NCBI RefSeq assembly: GCF_006345805.1
Contig: NC_043004.1
Span: 68,510,001 to 68,574,000, forward strand
From: Octopus sinensis
Lineage: Eukaryota
DNA: 64,000 nucleotides
Reading direction: 5' to 3'
Below are positions 50,160-62,467 of the stretch, piece by piece. Numbering within the stretch: the stretch's first letter is position 1; each line of letters begins with the position of its first letter. Both the position numbers and the translations under genes were made by a program. The notes under the pieces were generated by a model. That model did not search any database and was not told the DNA's origin. It saw only the letters and a program-made list of their open reading frames with translations.

Positions 50160-51014
50160 ATTATAATTATATATATATATATATATATATACACATACAC
50201 ACATACATATGCATAAGAACGAGCATATGTGTGTATATACATATGACCAGGCGGGCATTGCATATTTTCCCATATCTTTCATAACTTGTATCTATAATAT
50301 TCCTGATTATCAGTTCCGTTACTAAGGCAGTTAGTTACGTTGCCAAGCGTCCCCTTCCACATTGACAGAAATCTAAGATTATAGTACATATTTCTCATCA
50401 GTTCGCCATAGCGAGAATGATGTTTCCCTGTTACTAATCTGTAACATTATATCGCATCTACTACCCTACCGATATCAACTGATGTACATAAGTTCTATCC
50501 CATTGTATCTGGTCTGTCATGCTTTTATTTTATTGATGTCTTGACAAAAACTTTACCCCGATTTCATTCAAATTATGTTTGGTTATGTCCTGCACATTGC
50601 TTTGACATCTTGTATATTTCCTTAGGTTTATTTATCGTTTCAACGGATTGTATTATGTCATAGCCGTGACATTGTATCCCATAGTTAGGATAATAACGTT
50701 ATGTAACATTATTAGGGTTTATATTTGTAGAAAATTTAGTAGTTGTTTCAAAAAGTCAAACATGCACAGAGAAGCCTCCTGACTGTTTGAATATTTGCAA
50801 CAAATTTAATTACTGAAGTAGTCTTCAAGAAAGGATTGATTCCAGGAGGGGATAATAATGTTATACGTACATGCATACATATGTATATGCATATTATATG
50901 TATGTATATGTACGTATATATATATGTGTGTGGTATATATATATATATAATATATATATATATATATACATATATACACACACACACATACACACACACA
51001 CACACACCACACAC

Positions 51015-51070
<56 letters not shown>

Positions 51071-51071
51071 G

Positions 51072-51200
51072 GAAGGTTTGAAAATGCAATTTTAATTATG
51101 CTTATTCACTTCACCGGTTTCTCATCAGTGGACAATCAATGTTTTTCTAAATAAGTGAAACCGACCAAGTGAATCTTTAAAATTGCATTTTCAAACCTTC
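51072..51200. repeat. Short palindrome with collapsed HHR remnant
   Basis: Perfect 24-bp arms (51072-51095, 51177-51200) plus inner ATTCACTT/AAGTGAAT and CGGTTTC/GAAACCG. The minus strand reads CTGATGA-GAAA-CCGG-T with helix II missing. Confidence 0.75.
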
Positions 51201-51248
51201 TTTCATACATATTTTTCCACTCGTGCGGTACCTTACAACTTTACTTTG

Positions 51249-51284
<36 letters not shown>

Positions 51285-51286
<2 letters not shown>

Positions 51287-51460
51287 GACAGGCTTCTTTC
51301 AGTTCCCGTGTACTAAATCTACTCACAAGTCTTTAGACGGCCCGGGGCTGTTGTAGACTATTGCAGAAGTCATTTGGCCAACTTGCCCTCTAGTGGGACT
51401 GAATCTAAGACTACGGTGTTGAGAATCAAGCTTCTCAACCACACAGCAACGTCTGCGCAC
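51285..51460 (-). mobile_element. SINE family A 5' half
   Basis: Reverse complement of head and body. Confidence 0.7.
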
Positions 51461-52904
51461 CTATTTCTGTTACTTTTATGTGATTTAATTTCTTAGCTTT
51501 CTTAATCAGTCGCAGAATCCATTGGCTGAACATCCAATAATGCGCAGACCTACAGTGAGGTCAGTGAACCAACATAGATCTAAACAGTTGCTGTCTCGAT
51601 GCCTGTTCTGTACCAACTCATCAAACTTTCCTCAAGTCATGAACCTGACACGTGTCTGTCAAGATACTATCTCGTCACTTTCAATATATATGCATGTGAA
51701 CGCAGCACGACAGTGAGATAGAGTCCTCAGCAGCGGACAATCAATCAAGCCAGCCGGAATATTCCACCTAAAATTAGATGCTACTCTTTCCTCCATTATG
51801 TTCAACAGAATAGACTATTTTTGCATATACTTTTATTTCATACATTTTATATCCCTACCTATTTTCCCTTTCATTTATTTTTATTTTTTTTCCTTTTTAT
51901 TTTTGTGTTGTCTGTTTCCTTGCGTCCATTTGTTTTTGCTATTTTTCTTATCATTATAACTGTTGTTGGTGTTGTTGTTTATACAATTATTGTCATTGGC
52001 AAGATTTGAAAATTGCTTTTTTTAGAAACTTATGAATAATTATGAGAAATTATATTTGCTATACAGAGATTTCTTTGGATCAAAAATAATACTCAATTAC
52101 CGGGAAGATATTTTTGGCAGCAGCTAATGTTTCATAACTAATTAGTTCTAAGGTGTAATAATAAAAATATGGCCGTATGAATTTTAGTGATACGAACAAA
52201 TATTAAAGGATGAGAGCGAAGAAGGGAAGGAAGTACATCAGTCTGGTGAAATGGTAAAGAACTGTTCTAAAAGTTCTCTGGCATTTTAGTTATCAAAATA
52301 TACAAGCATGGCTGTGTGGTTTAGAAACTCGCTTAGCAACCTCATTGTATTGGGTTCAATCACACCCAGGACAAAGTCTTATACTTTAGCTCCGGGTTTA
52401 CCAATGTCATGTCAGAGAATTTGGTAGACATGATCTATATGAAATTCCGTACAGTGTGTTTGCGCGTGCGTGACATGCATGGCCTTCCGGAAGCTCAAAA
52501 TATTCGCTCAGCGTGTAATCAATAGCAGCTAAATCTCTCTTAAATCATACTGTCCTGCTATTGTAATATAAGTGGGGACGGATGGAAGTTGCATTCGATA
52601 ATGAAGTCCGTCATAAATAACACAGACAAATAAGTGAGGGGTAATTACGACTGGCACGCATTCTATCATAGGTGTGCTCGTTCAGAGTGAACAAGGGTTA
52701 AACATTAACAGCTCGCCCTCATTCACAATTATTGGGTTTTAGTGGATAAAACCCAGTCATACGTTAAACATTGCAGTACTTAACACAATCTTACAACAAC
52801 AGAATCCAAGCCAATTATAGAAGTTCTCTCGTGTGCTCGCTTGATCTGACTGAAACAGCAGTAGACTACATTCAATCATACATATAAAATACACCCTAGA
52901 TTAT

Positions 52905-53750
52905 CGTACAGAAATAGCCACAGGACTGGTTGTGTGGTAAGAAGCTTACTTCCCAACCACATGGTTCCGAGTTCAGTCCCACTGCGTGGCACCTTGGTCA
53001 AGTGTTTTCTACTATAACCTCGGGCCGACCAAAGCCTTGTAAGTGGATTTGGTAGACAGAAACTGAAAGAAGCTCGTATAATATATATTATATACATATA
53101 TATGTATTTATATATATATAATTATATATATATATATATATAGAATATATATATATATATTTATATATATATATATATATATAGTGTTCATTGCATGCTT
53201 AAGACCGTTAATTGAAAGGACCAATGAAACAAATCTATTTTGAAAGGTGTATCCTTTAACTAGTTTTGTTTATATCGGTATTTCTCTTCTATTTTTACAT
53301 AACCTGTCCGACGATGGGAACGTGGAACTCTGGGTAACAGCTTCTGTTATATTTCTCCTGCTATTAAATAAAGCACATTACTCTACCTCTGGTATTTGAG
53401 TACTCTTTTTTACACCTTGTTTCACATTTATGTGCTTACTCCGGTATGTATGTATATATAATATATATGTGTGTGGTGTGTGTATGTGTGTGTGTGTGTG
53501 TGCGTGTGTGTGTGTATGCATGCACGTATGTATGTACTTGTGTGTCAGTTTTTGCACACCATCACCACCACCACCGTTTGACAACCGATATTGGTGCGTT
53601 TACATCCCCGTAACCTAGCGGTTCGTCAAAAGAGACAGGTAGAATAAGTACAAAGAATAAGTCCTAGGGTCGATTTATTCGACTAAAGGTGGTGCTCTAG
53701 CATGGCCGCAGTAAAATGAGTGAAACAAATGAAAGAATAAAAGAATACAT
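52905..53750 (+). mobile_element. SINE family A split by (TA)n and a ~260-bp nested insert (53183-53445)
   Basis: 5' half 52905-53080 and 3' half 53540-53750. Confidence 0.8.
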
Positions 53751-54989
53751 ATAACCACATTAGGCTATGGATCTTCCCTTTTCTTTTGGGCGGTGGTCAT
53801 CTGAGTTACTTGCCCCTTAAATTAACGTGTAAAGGGCTGAGTATTCTATAGATATATGAGTTCTCAAAGTAATTTCCGAACAGGATCCATGCGGTAGACT
53901 GTGACAAAGTTGGCCTTTTGAATTAAGGGTACAATCCATCCAACAGTCATTCATTTAACATCGCAGTGCTTAACTTAAGTCTCATAACCATCATCCGGTC
54001 GTGCTGCTTACAAGGACTCCCGTAATGCTCTTTCACCCCATAGTTCTCTTATATTTGAATTTCGTGCTTGAGCCATTATCAATTATTTTATTAGCTGATG
54101 ATACAAACATAAACGCCCAACCTATAGAAGCGTTCCAGTTACTCTCTTCATAGAGTTTGCTGTTCCTGTGCAACAATCTTCTAGGAAACCTCCACTTAGT
54201 ATCAATGCAAGAAATACCGTTGGTTTTGCTGACCTCTTCCGCTGCTTCTCTACAACCTGACATGCTGCAATCCCATGGAGTATGCGTGTGTTTCAGCTAT
54301 GCAGGTACTTAGAGGTATCTGCTGATTTGGTGTGTGCAGGTATTTGAAAAATACCTCGTGAAGTGGCAACCGTTTCCTAAGGAATTCCCGGGCTGCCATT
54401 TGGCAAGGCAGAGTAGCGTTCAGTCAGCCTGCCACGATACAGCGATATCATAACACATCCCACTCACTAGTTATTATTCTACCGGATATTATTGTAGAAA
54501 ACACCCACTTAAGAACCAGACAGATTAAATCTGGAACTGAAGTGTGTGATTGCAACGCAAACTCCCTAACAACACAGCTATATCTACTCACTTAGACTTT
54601 GCTGTTCGGCAATGTTTATTCAGACGCATTTTGTGATGTTGGACGCGAAAGTACATTAAGGTAAGCCTGAAAGCAATGAAGTGATAAAAGAATCATCCAT
54701 TATTACAGTAAGCAACATTTATTAAAATAAAAGTATTCAGAACACAGAATAACATGTAACAAAAACAATTTGCATACACATTTACATTCCCATATAACAG
54801 TTAAGAACATCACCATTATTGTATTACGCATGCATGGAAGTGTTTGTTCGACTAGGTGCTGCTGGCTTAAGTACGCACGACTCAATTTAGAGAAGGAGTA
54901 TGTATTATACACAAGGTTTAGGTTTTTCAGAGGTACAGCTCCCTAAAAATCCCCAGCGTATTATACTCAAGGGCGGACTATACTCGAAG

Positions 54990-55145
54990 ATTTACGGTGT
55001 CTTTCATAAGCCTCGGGATTCATGAAGCAGAAGCTTAAACTGATTTCCGTGGCACGTAAGTGACACTATTCTCCCACATGAACACAACACCAGTCTTCGA
55101 ACCATATGAGCGTGTGTACAACACACTAACCACTAGTCCACGCAG
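54990..55145 (-). mobile_element. SINE family C-like head fragment
   Basis: gcgtggactagtggttag A-box-like start, tggttcgaag B-box-like, tgttgtgttc. Confidence 0.5.
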
Positions 55146-55801
55146 CTTCTAATACAAGAAACACTTTAAAAGTTATTAACTGAGTGGTTAGTAGTGAAAC
55201 ACTCATGATTATATGTATCAGCTGGATTTGAGCTTTCCTGAATGCAAATCAACAATAAAGAGTGTTTGTCACGAAATTTATTTCAATACACCACTGCTTG
55301 CCTCCATTTTATGTTTCCTATTCAAATGCTTTCATGTTGCAAATGCTTTTGAGATTCTTTCAAAAACGTTTCGCATGTTTTTTTTTTAATCGTATTTATT
55401 TATTTGTTGTTTCGCTTTAATTTTTTTTTTCATAGACCTGATAGATGTCAGGTGACGAAGAAAGGACGGAATCGCTTTTTATGGCAATCAATAATTTTTT
55501 TCCAGATAAATATATGAAATACAAATATCTGGTTTAAAATGTTTATATTTACACACACACACACACACACATACACACACATACACACAGACGCAGACAC
55601 ACATACAGACACACACACGCACACACAAACACACACATATATATAATATGTATATATGGGAGTGCATACAGATAAAGCGAAAGTGAGAGTATGTGAGGGA
55701 GAGTTAGATAAAGGAGTATGTAGATAAATACGTAGAGATATGTGGGTAGACAGACATATTGTTTGATAAACAAACATACACACACACACAAACACACACA
55801 C

Positions 55802-55847
<46 letters not shown>

Positions 55848-55860
55848 ATATATATATTAT

Positions 55861-56197
55861 CATTATTTACATTTGACGGATATTTATCATCTTGTTTGTT
55901 GTTAACGCAACGTTTCGGCTAATATACACTCCAGCCTTCATCAGGTGTCTTGGACATATAGCGTAGTGGTTCAGAGCGCGGGCTACTAACTCCAAGATTC
56001 CGAGTTCGATTCCTGGCAGTGACGAGAATAATAATAATTATAATAATAATAATAACATCGAAAAATACCTTAGGAATGAGAACGCAGCTTCGAAATTTCC
56101 CCAAGACACTCTGATGAAGGCTGGAGGGTATATCAGCCGTAATGTTGTGTAAACAACAAACAAAATGGGGACAACTATCCGTCAAATGTAAATAATG
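55861..56197. mobile_element. tRNA-headed unit with HHR tail, preceded by an inverted copy of its own 3' end
   Basis: Left arm 55861-55953 is the reverse complement of 56101-56197. A-box TAGCGTAGTGG 55959-55969, B-box GAGTTCGATTCC 56002-56013, HHR cores at 55904-55949 (-) and ~56105-56150 (+). Confidence 0.75.
55904..55949 (-). ncRNA. Minimal type I HHR
   Basis: GACAC-CTGATGA-A-GGCTG-GAGTGTATAT-TAGCC-GAAA-CG-TT-GCGTT; one helix I mismatch, which the right-arm copy repairs (GTGT). Confidence 0.7.
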
Positions 56198-56239
56198 TAA
56201 ATAATGTACATAATTCCTCATCTCTTAAATATAGGACTG

Positions 56240-56720
56240 CATCACTCTTGTCGATTTGCCAGAAAGAAGATATCTGGTTTGCATAAGGGTTTTGCAATCA
56301 CGTTGGCAGAATCAGTTGTAATTCTTCTTTTCTATTAATTTATCTTGAAGAGTTTCTGTTATTTCTGCCATGTATACGACAGAGCTTATCAGGGCGTCGA
56401 CAGTTACAACTAGTAGTGGGATTTTGATGATGTTTACGAGTAATAATATTTATATTTATATAGTATGATAATTTAATTGGCATGTGTTAGAAATCTTCCT
56501 GTACTTGTGATTTATTGGGAAATGTCTAAAACTGAGAGGAATTTCGTAACTACAGGTGTATTCATAGGTTTATTTTTATGATACATATTTTTAGTTGAAA
56601 AATTGTAATATATCTGATCTTTGAAGCTGCTCTTTGCTACAGTATTGCAGTATTGCTATAGTGGCGGGGTGTCTTAAAGAATATTTCATTCGAAGAGAGA
56701 TTTTATATCTTATTATTAAT
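56240..56720 (-). pseudogene. PLE linker/start of GIY-YIG endonuclease relic
   Basis: FPINHKYRKI..., SCNCRRPDK, SVVYMAEIT on the minus strand. Confidence 0.65.
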
Positions 56721-56839
56721 GTATGTACACAGATATACACATATACACACGTAGACACCTACACACACATATGTAGACACACACGTAGACACCTACACAC
56801 ACATATGTAGACACACACGCATACACGCACACACATATG

Positions 56840-56882
<43 letters not shown>

Positions 56883-56971
56883 TTTAAGAGGGGGACGGAA
56901 GATGAATGATACGAACATTTTATTAATCATTAGAGTTATTTCAATCCACCCAGCACCGATCCTTCACGGGT

Positions 56972-57515
56972 GTATTTCTGCAAAAGTGCATTAATATGCA
57001 TGTATGCATCTTGTGAGTCTTTCAGAAATTTTGTTAGTTATGTTTTCATTCGTCCACACAATAGACAGGGATTCCTAAGATCAGAGCCAGCATCTCCTGG
57101 AAACGACATTATATATTTTTTGTGCCTTAATATGGACCGTTGTATTATACTTAATTTCATCTTCCTTGAGACGCCACACAAAATCGGCCAAAGATGTTAA
57201 ATTTACATTTTTGATTTTCTTGAAACTTTCAACTTGGTTGAGATAACGATTCTTGAATGAATTAGCCGTTGCCCCCACTGTAAAGTTCTTTCCTTGTGTG
57301 TATGGTACGTTTATACAAATGATGTATACTTAAGTAGAAGTTCATCAATAGGCGTTTTGGTTTTTGTCTACAAAACCATATATCTTTTCCAGGGCATGCT
57401 GACTCTGCTTCGAGGAATCCCTGTCTATTCTGTGGGCCAAAGAGAAAGCCACTTACAAAATTTCTGAAAGACTCTCAAGATGCTTGCATGCATATAAATG
57501 CACTTTCTCACAATA
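56972..57515 (-). pseudogene. PLE GIY-YIG C-terminal relic with inverted duplication of its 3' end
   Basis: YSGATANSFKNRY..SF..TSLADFVWRLK..RCWL..ESL..NKISERLTRCIH; 56972-57105 is duplicated inverted at ~57390-57515. Confidence 0.75.
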
Positions 57516-57995
57516 CAGCGGAAATGAAATTGAGTAACCATTAACCTAATTAATAATCATAATATCCTTTAAGGTATGGATGAATTAAATTTAACCCTAA
57601 CGTCCCTATTCTTATAAAACCTGTGCACATATTTAGTTCGCTTTATGAACGTAAATGTGCAAAGCCTCTCTTGTGCGTATGCTTATGTCTTAGTGGATGT
57701 TTGTATCCATGAGAGTATATATGCGCCTAACAACCTAGGCGTGGGCGTTTATACATACATATCTGTTAAAGATTATATCTTAGACATTTTTTGCTGTATT
57801 GTGTATTCTTTTCGCTTTTGTTTGTTTTTTTATTATTGATCTTCTATATAAATGAATCCATATCCTTTAACTCGCTTTTTTTTTTTTACACGAACCGCGA
57901 ATATACTTTGCGGAAGAGTCTTTATTTTAACGAGTTGTATCTAATTATTGCCTGAAGAGACACATCTACACCGACAGATGCTCCTGTACCAATGT

Positions 57996-58323
57996 GGAGG
58001 CGCAGTGGCCCGGTGGTTAGGGCAGCGGACTCGCGGTCGTAGGATCGCGGTTTCGATTCCCAGACCGGCAGGGATGGTGGTGATCCCTGCTGTACTCTTT
58101 CACCACAACTTTCTCTCACTCTTACTTCCTGTTTCTGTTGTACGTGTATTTCAAAAGGCCGGCCTTGTCACTCTCTGTGTCACGCTGAATATCCCCGAGA
58201 ACTACGTTAAGGGTACACGTGTCTGTGGAGTGCTCAGCCACTTACATGTTAATTTCACGAGCAGGCTGTTCTCTTTATCGGATCAACCGGAACCCTCGTC
58301 GTCGTAACCGACGGAGTGCTTCC
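57996..58323 (+). mobile_element. tRNA-derived SINE (family C variant)
   Basis: A-box TGGCCCGGTGG, B-box GGTTTCGATTCC; 3' half shared with 47272 and 16521. Confidence 0.88.
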
Positions 58324-58350
58324 ACCACCTATACCAGTTGTTAAGTATCT

Positions 58351-58395
58351 CACCTGTGAGTGATCGATGCTAGACGAGTCGAAACAATTGTAGTG
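58351..58395 (+). ncRNA. Degenerate HHR (A6 deleted)
   Basis: CAC-CTG.TGAG-T-GATCG..CGAGTC-GAAA-CAATTG-TA-GTG. Confidence 0.5.
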
Positions 58396-59049
58396 GTGAA
58401 TAAAAATTCACGTATCTTTCGTCACTCCCATTAATCAAATACTTAACGAACACTGTGAAAATGATCGAGCTTTACCGGCAAGCTACCAGGCATACAACAT
58501 ACCTTCTATTATCTAATAATAATAATTATTATTATAATTATTATAATTATAATAATATATATATATATATATATAATATATATTCAAAATTTTAGAGGAT
58601 AAAAAAGTATAACTTTCCCTCAAAGATTCAACATGCTTCTTGCCGAGGCGGCAAGTATGTATATAGAGAGAGAGAGAGAAAGAAAGAGGGAGACAGCAAA
58701 AACTACTTCCTTACATGTTGAAAATAGATATTCAAATAAACACCCACGATTTGCCTTCATATGAAATCGCTGCAAAATGCGGGCGACTTGAATAAAAGTT
58801 TTTCAAAATTACAGTGTCTTAATAGTGTACTATAATTTCGAGTTTAACGTTCAAATTGAATAAATTAATTTTAAAAATTAATTAAATTTAAATCTGGCAC
58901 GTGTAACTCTCTTCAGCACTATATACCCATATTTACGAAAACATTGCCTTATTCATACACAGCCATTCGAAGTTCAAGTATTTTCAAAAGGTTAGAGGGT
59001 AAAAAAGTATAATTTTCCTTCCAAAATTCAACATGCTTCTATTTCGTAT

Positions 59050-59678
59050 TAAGGCAAACTGGGGTCCTATGGAAGATTTTTGTCCTCAGCCATCTGGACT
59101 ACTATTTTCAACTGTGGTCACCTTACAGTGTTGGATAAATAACGGAACTTGAAGCGTTTCAATGATGCTACAGAAGGATGATTGCATCAATGGAATAGCT
59201 GTGCTACTGTGAGAGACTCTATTCATTGGAGCAAAGAAGGGAGATTCTACGCCTTGGAGCCTAACAAAGGAGAGGTAAGCAGTGATACTCGTGTGGAAGA
59301 TACTGGAGGGGTTGCCACCAAACTCTTGGAATTGAGAGTTACATCAGACGTCTTTGCATTTTTCCAAAGGACACATCTGTCCCATATAGGATGAGGACCA
59401 TGTGCTGCAACAGCTTGGGATTCAAGGGCCCACACTTATTTAACACCTTGCCAAAAGGTCTTGGGATCTTCAGAGAGTGGGTGTAGATGTATTGAATAAA
59501 GAACTTGACCGCTTGCTATCCAAGATTCCAGATGAACCAGGGCAGCAGTGTCGACCTCCCTCCTTCACCAACAGTCAATCAAATAGAATTGGATAATTAA
59601 AAGGTAATTACACTGGCGGTGCCCCAGCATGGCCACAGCCATAGGGCTGAAACAAGAGAATAAATGAATAAAAGAATA
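59050..59678 (+). pseudogene. CR1-like LINE 3' fragment with 3' UTR and tail
   Basis: LWKIFVLSHLDYYFQLWSP, VWKILEGL, CNSLGFKGP.LFNTLPK, LDRLLSKIPDEP. Confidence 0.85.
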
Positions 59679-59909
59679 TATATATATGTATGTTTGTATA
59701 TATATATATGTATGTATGTATGTGTTATATGGGGAATCTGCACACTGCCGTGATTAGCTAAGTGGAATATAATAGCTAGAACAAATGGGCATGCGCAGAG
59801 CAGTCTGAGAAGAGTGTCATATGCGCAGTCATAGTGTACAGGTCGTAGGAATTATTGAATAGATATATCGTGGAGTGCTTGTTGAAGATACACAGTTGGA
59901 GATTAATAA

Positions 59910-60224
59910 ATAAATGCAAATATATGGGTAACTAGATTTTAAATATATGGGAAACTACCACCTGTGTCATCTCTTGTGAAAGGTAAGAGAGTCCAGTTTG
60001 CTGGACATTGTTGTAGAGCTAAAAAAGAGGTAATTTCTACTCTTCCCCTCTGGAGGCCATCTACTCGCAATACCAGAGGGCGCACACTCTCCTACCCTGA
60101 TGTAATCTCCAGGGATACAGGCATCCAGCAACAGGACCTCCGTAATTTCATGATGGACCGTGAAGTCTGGCGTAGCATAGTAAATTCCATTGTCTCGACC
60201 ACGGTCGAACAATGATGATGATGA
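59910..60224 (+). mobile_element. 5'-truncated RTE-like LINE with (TGA)n tail and 13-bp TSD
   Basis: KRVQFAGHCCR..LWRP..GR..YPDVISRDTG..MMDREVWR; TSD TGGAGATTAATAA at 59897-59909 and 60225-60237. Confidence 0.88.
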
Positions 60225-60874
60225 TGGAGATTAATAAGAGAACTTGAGGAACGTTTGATATTATAACAGTTCAGATATAACAGTGACGGCGAGAAGTATG
60301 TATGTATGCGAATAAAGGGAATGTGACTAAAATTTACATAGATATTTAAATCTAATATGTATGAACGAATGCAAAACGAATTTTTATAAGGTTATTGTCT
60401 TATTCGCAAATTCTTTGCTTATTTCAGTTATTGATATTAGTTTCATTTTGAATGCTCATGTCACTAAAAATTTATTTCGACGCATTTTTGAATATTTGCT
60501 GCTATTCGTAGACGAGATTCAATTACACTGAAACATGTTCGTTACTATCGCGACTATTGCTAAAGAAGATTGCATTTTCTGTTTGGTGTGAAAATTAAAT
60601 TCTTAGAAGTGATGGTAAACTTATTGAAATTATCTCCCTTTTCTGCGAGATACATTAAAGAACGCCGCTAATGTCTTGTTGTTTTTCTCCAGCGAAGAGG
60701 AGACTTGCAGCTCATTGAGAATATTTCGCGCATGACTTCTTTACATATTTCATTCCATTCTCGATTTACTACCATATATGTCATTAGCTTAATTAATTCA
60801 ATAGTTCAATGTTGGTTTAAATAGGTGGAGAGAGAGAGAGAGAGAGGGGGAGACAGACAGACAGACAGACAGAC

Positions 60875-60917
<43 letters not shown>

Positions 60918-61159
60918 GGGGAGGATTGGTAGACCATTCGATATTATGTAGGTAGATAGGTAGATAGTTATGTATGTATGTAGGTAGGTAGGTAGGTAGG
61001 TAGGTAGGTAGGTAGGTAGATAGGTAGATAGTTATGTATGTATGTAGGTAGGTAGGTAGGTAGACATCAGGAATGTAGCTATGTACAAGAAGGAAGATCA
61101 TGATGAAGCAGTGGAGGGTAAGAAAGGATGGGAAAGAAGTGAAGGATGAAGGGGAGAGA

Positions 61160-61292
61160 AAAAAGGTGATGATGATGAGGATGAGGATTATGATGATGAC
61201 AGTGACGGCGATGATGACGGTGAAAATAATGATGATGATGATGATGATGATGATGACGACGACGACGACGACGATGATGATGATGATGATGA
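61160..61292. repeat. (GAT)n/(GAC)n microsatellite
   Basis: Direct reading. Confidence 0.95.
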
Positions 61293-61649
61293 TAGAAGAA
61301 GAAATTTCTAAGTAACGGTACAAGTAATTATAATTCTAAAATAGTTCTCCAGTTGGAAGGCCTAGAATACCAAATTTTAAACAGATTCTCAATATTGATT
61401 ATGCAAAGCAAAAAATTATTCTACTCATGGAAACAACACGGAAAATATTTAACAATGCAATTACTACTGGCTCAAATTCTTCGTGACTGTTATTCTTTGT
61501 CCGAATAGTTTCTCCGACTTGGTCAATTAATTGGACATTTTCCCATCGTTTTTCGTTTATACTACGCACTGTGTGTTCGTGCTGAATTTGACGAGTTTTA
61601 TATCTCCTTTCAATCAGGAACAGTTTGATGTGTTGGTGAACAGTCAATG

Positions 61650-62400
61650 GAGCTGTAGAGCATAAGGATTAAAATTTGTAGCTGCGAAAAAGTTAGCTTA
61701 CATGACAGACTGAAAATACTCTCGAATATTAGAAAGGAGTCACTCGTGTTATGATGGTGATTCACGCCGGATGTCAAAATACGGACAACATTACGACCGT
61801 TCAATGCTTTATGAACACTGTAAGACGCGAAACACGTGCGAACATTTGACATGACTTTTATGCAACATTTACAAGAAATCGAAACTTTGTCATCGGCAAC
61901 AGGACTACAAACTGTGGCCAGCAGGAACGGAATTAACAGAATTCTGACTGCTTCCCCACAACGCGATTCCACCTACATCTTCGAACCGAGTCATAGGTTC
62001 AATTCAGACGTCTATGTGAAGTTGCTGGACACTGTGCAGGAAACCTGGCTGGAGAGATTTGCTCATGGATGGCCATATGTGTGACGACAGAATTCGACTC
62101 CTGGATATAAGTCATGAAAGAGTCTAAAATGACTGCCGGAGAATTCGTACGACGGTCCACCCCCAATTTGTGGTCTCAAATTTCCCCTAATTATAATCCC
62201 ATGGATTACTATGTATGAGGGCAGTCGAGAAAGTCACCAATCTCTCTACCTGCAGGACCATAGCCGAGCTGGTATCCAAGATCAAGGAGCTGTTCGAAGA
62301 TCTTCCCATGGACACAACGATGACCGTATGCGCCATGTTCCGAAGCCTTCTTAAGGTCATGGGTGAAGCTGAGTGCGGTCGCTTTGAGTAAATTGTTATC
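61650..62400 (+). pseudogene. Tc1/mariner (maT-like) transposase relic
   Basis: N-terminal HTH-like VMMVIHAGCQN..VQCFMNTV, FNSDVYVKLL, TPNLWSQISPNYNPMDYYV (WPPxSPDLNPxDY), ELVSKIKELF. Confidence 0.78.
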
Positions 62401-62467
62401 TATAAGCCATAATTTAATCGATATATTTTAATTTTTTTTTTAATACTTTTGAGTTTCGATTCGATAT

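Noticed and set aside
50370-50400. CTGATGA followed by a GAAAT/ATTTC stem on the minus strand
   Set aside because: No GAAA or NUH after the stem. Lone CTGATGA words near 3473, 15452, 29464 and 54095 rejected likewise.
53300-53345. Possible HHR remnant in the nested insert
   Set aside because: Needs several substitutions in both core strands; mentioned only as weak support.
54033-54263. 76-aa ORF and alternative frame (KPTVFLALILSGGFLEDCC)
   Set aside because: No recognisable family, stops in the alternative frame, no clear splice pair.
55952-56023. Possible functional tRNA gene (ACT at the anticodon position)
   Set aside because: Acceptor and anticodon stems do not pair and no oligo-T terminator follows; treated as a SINE-type head.
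56745-56815. 34-bp tandem duplication
   Set aside because: CA-derived minisatellite with no further structure.
58582-59039. ~58-bp direct repeat (58582-58640 and 58982-59039)
   Set aside because: Too short and degenerate to define LTRs; no PBS, PPT or TG..CA ends.
61399-61647. 82-aa minus-strand ORF with faint resemblance to a P-type ATPase segment
   Set aside because: Similarity too weak by eye and no supporting exon structure.
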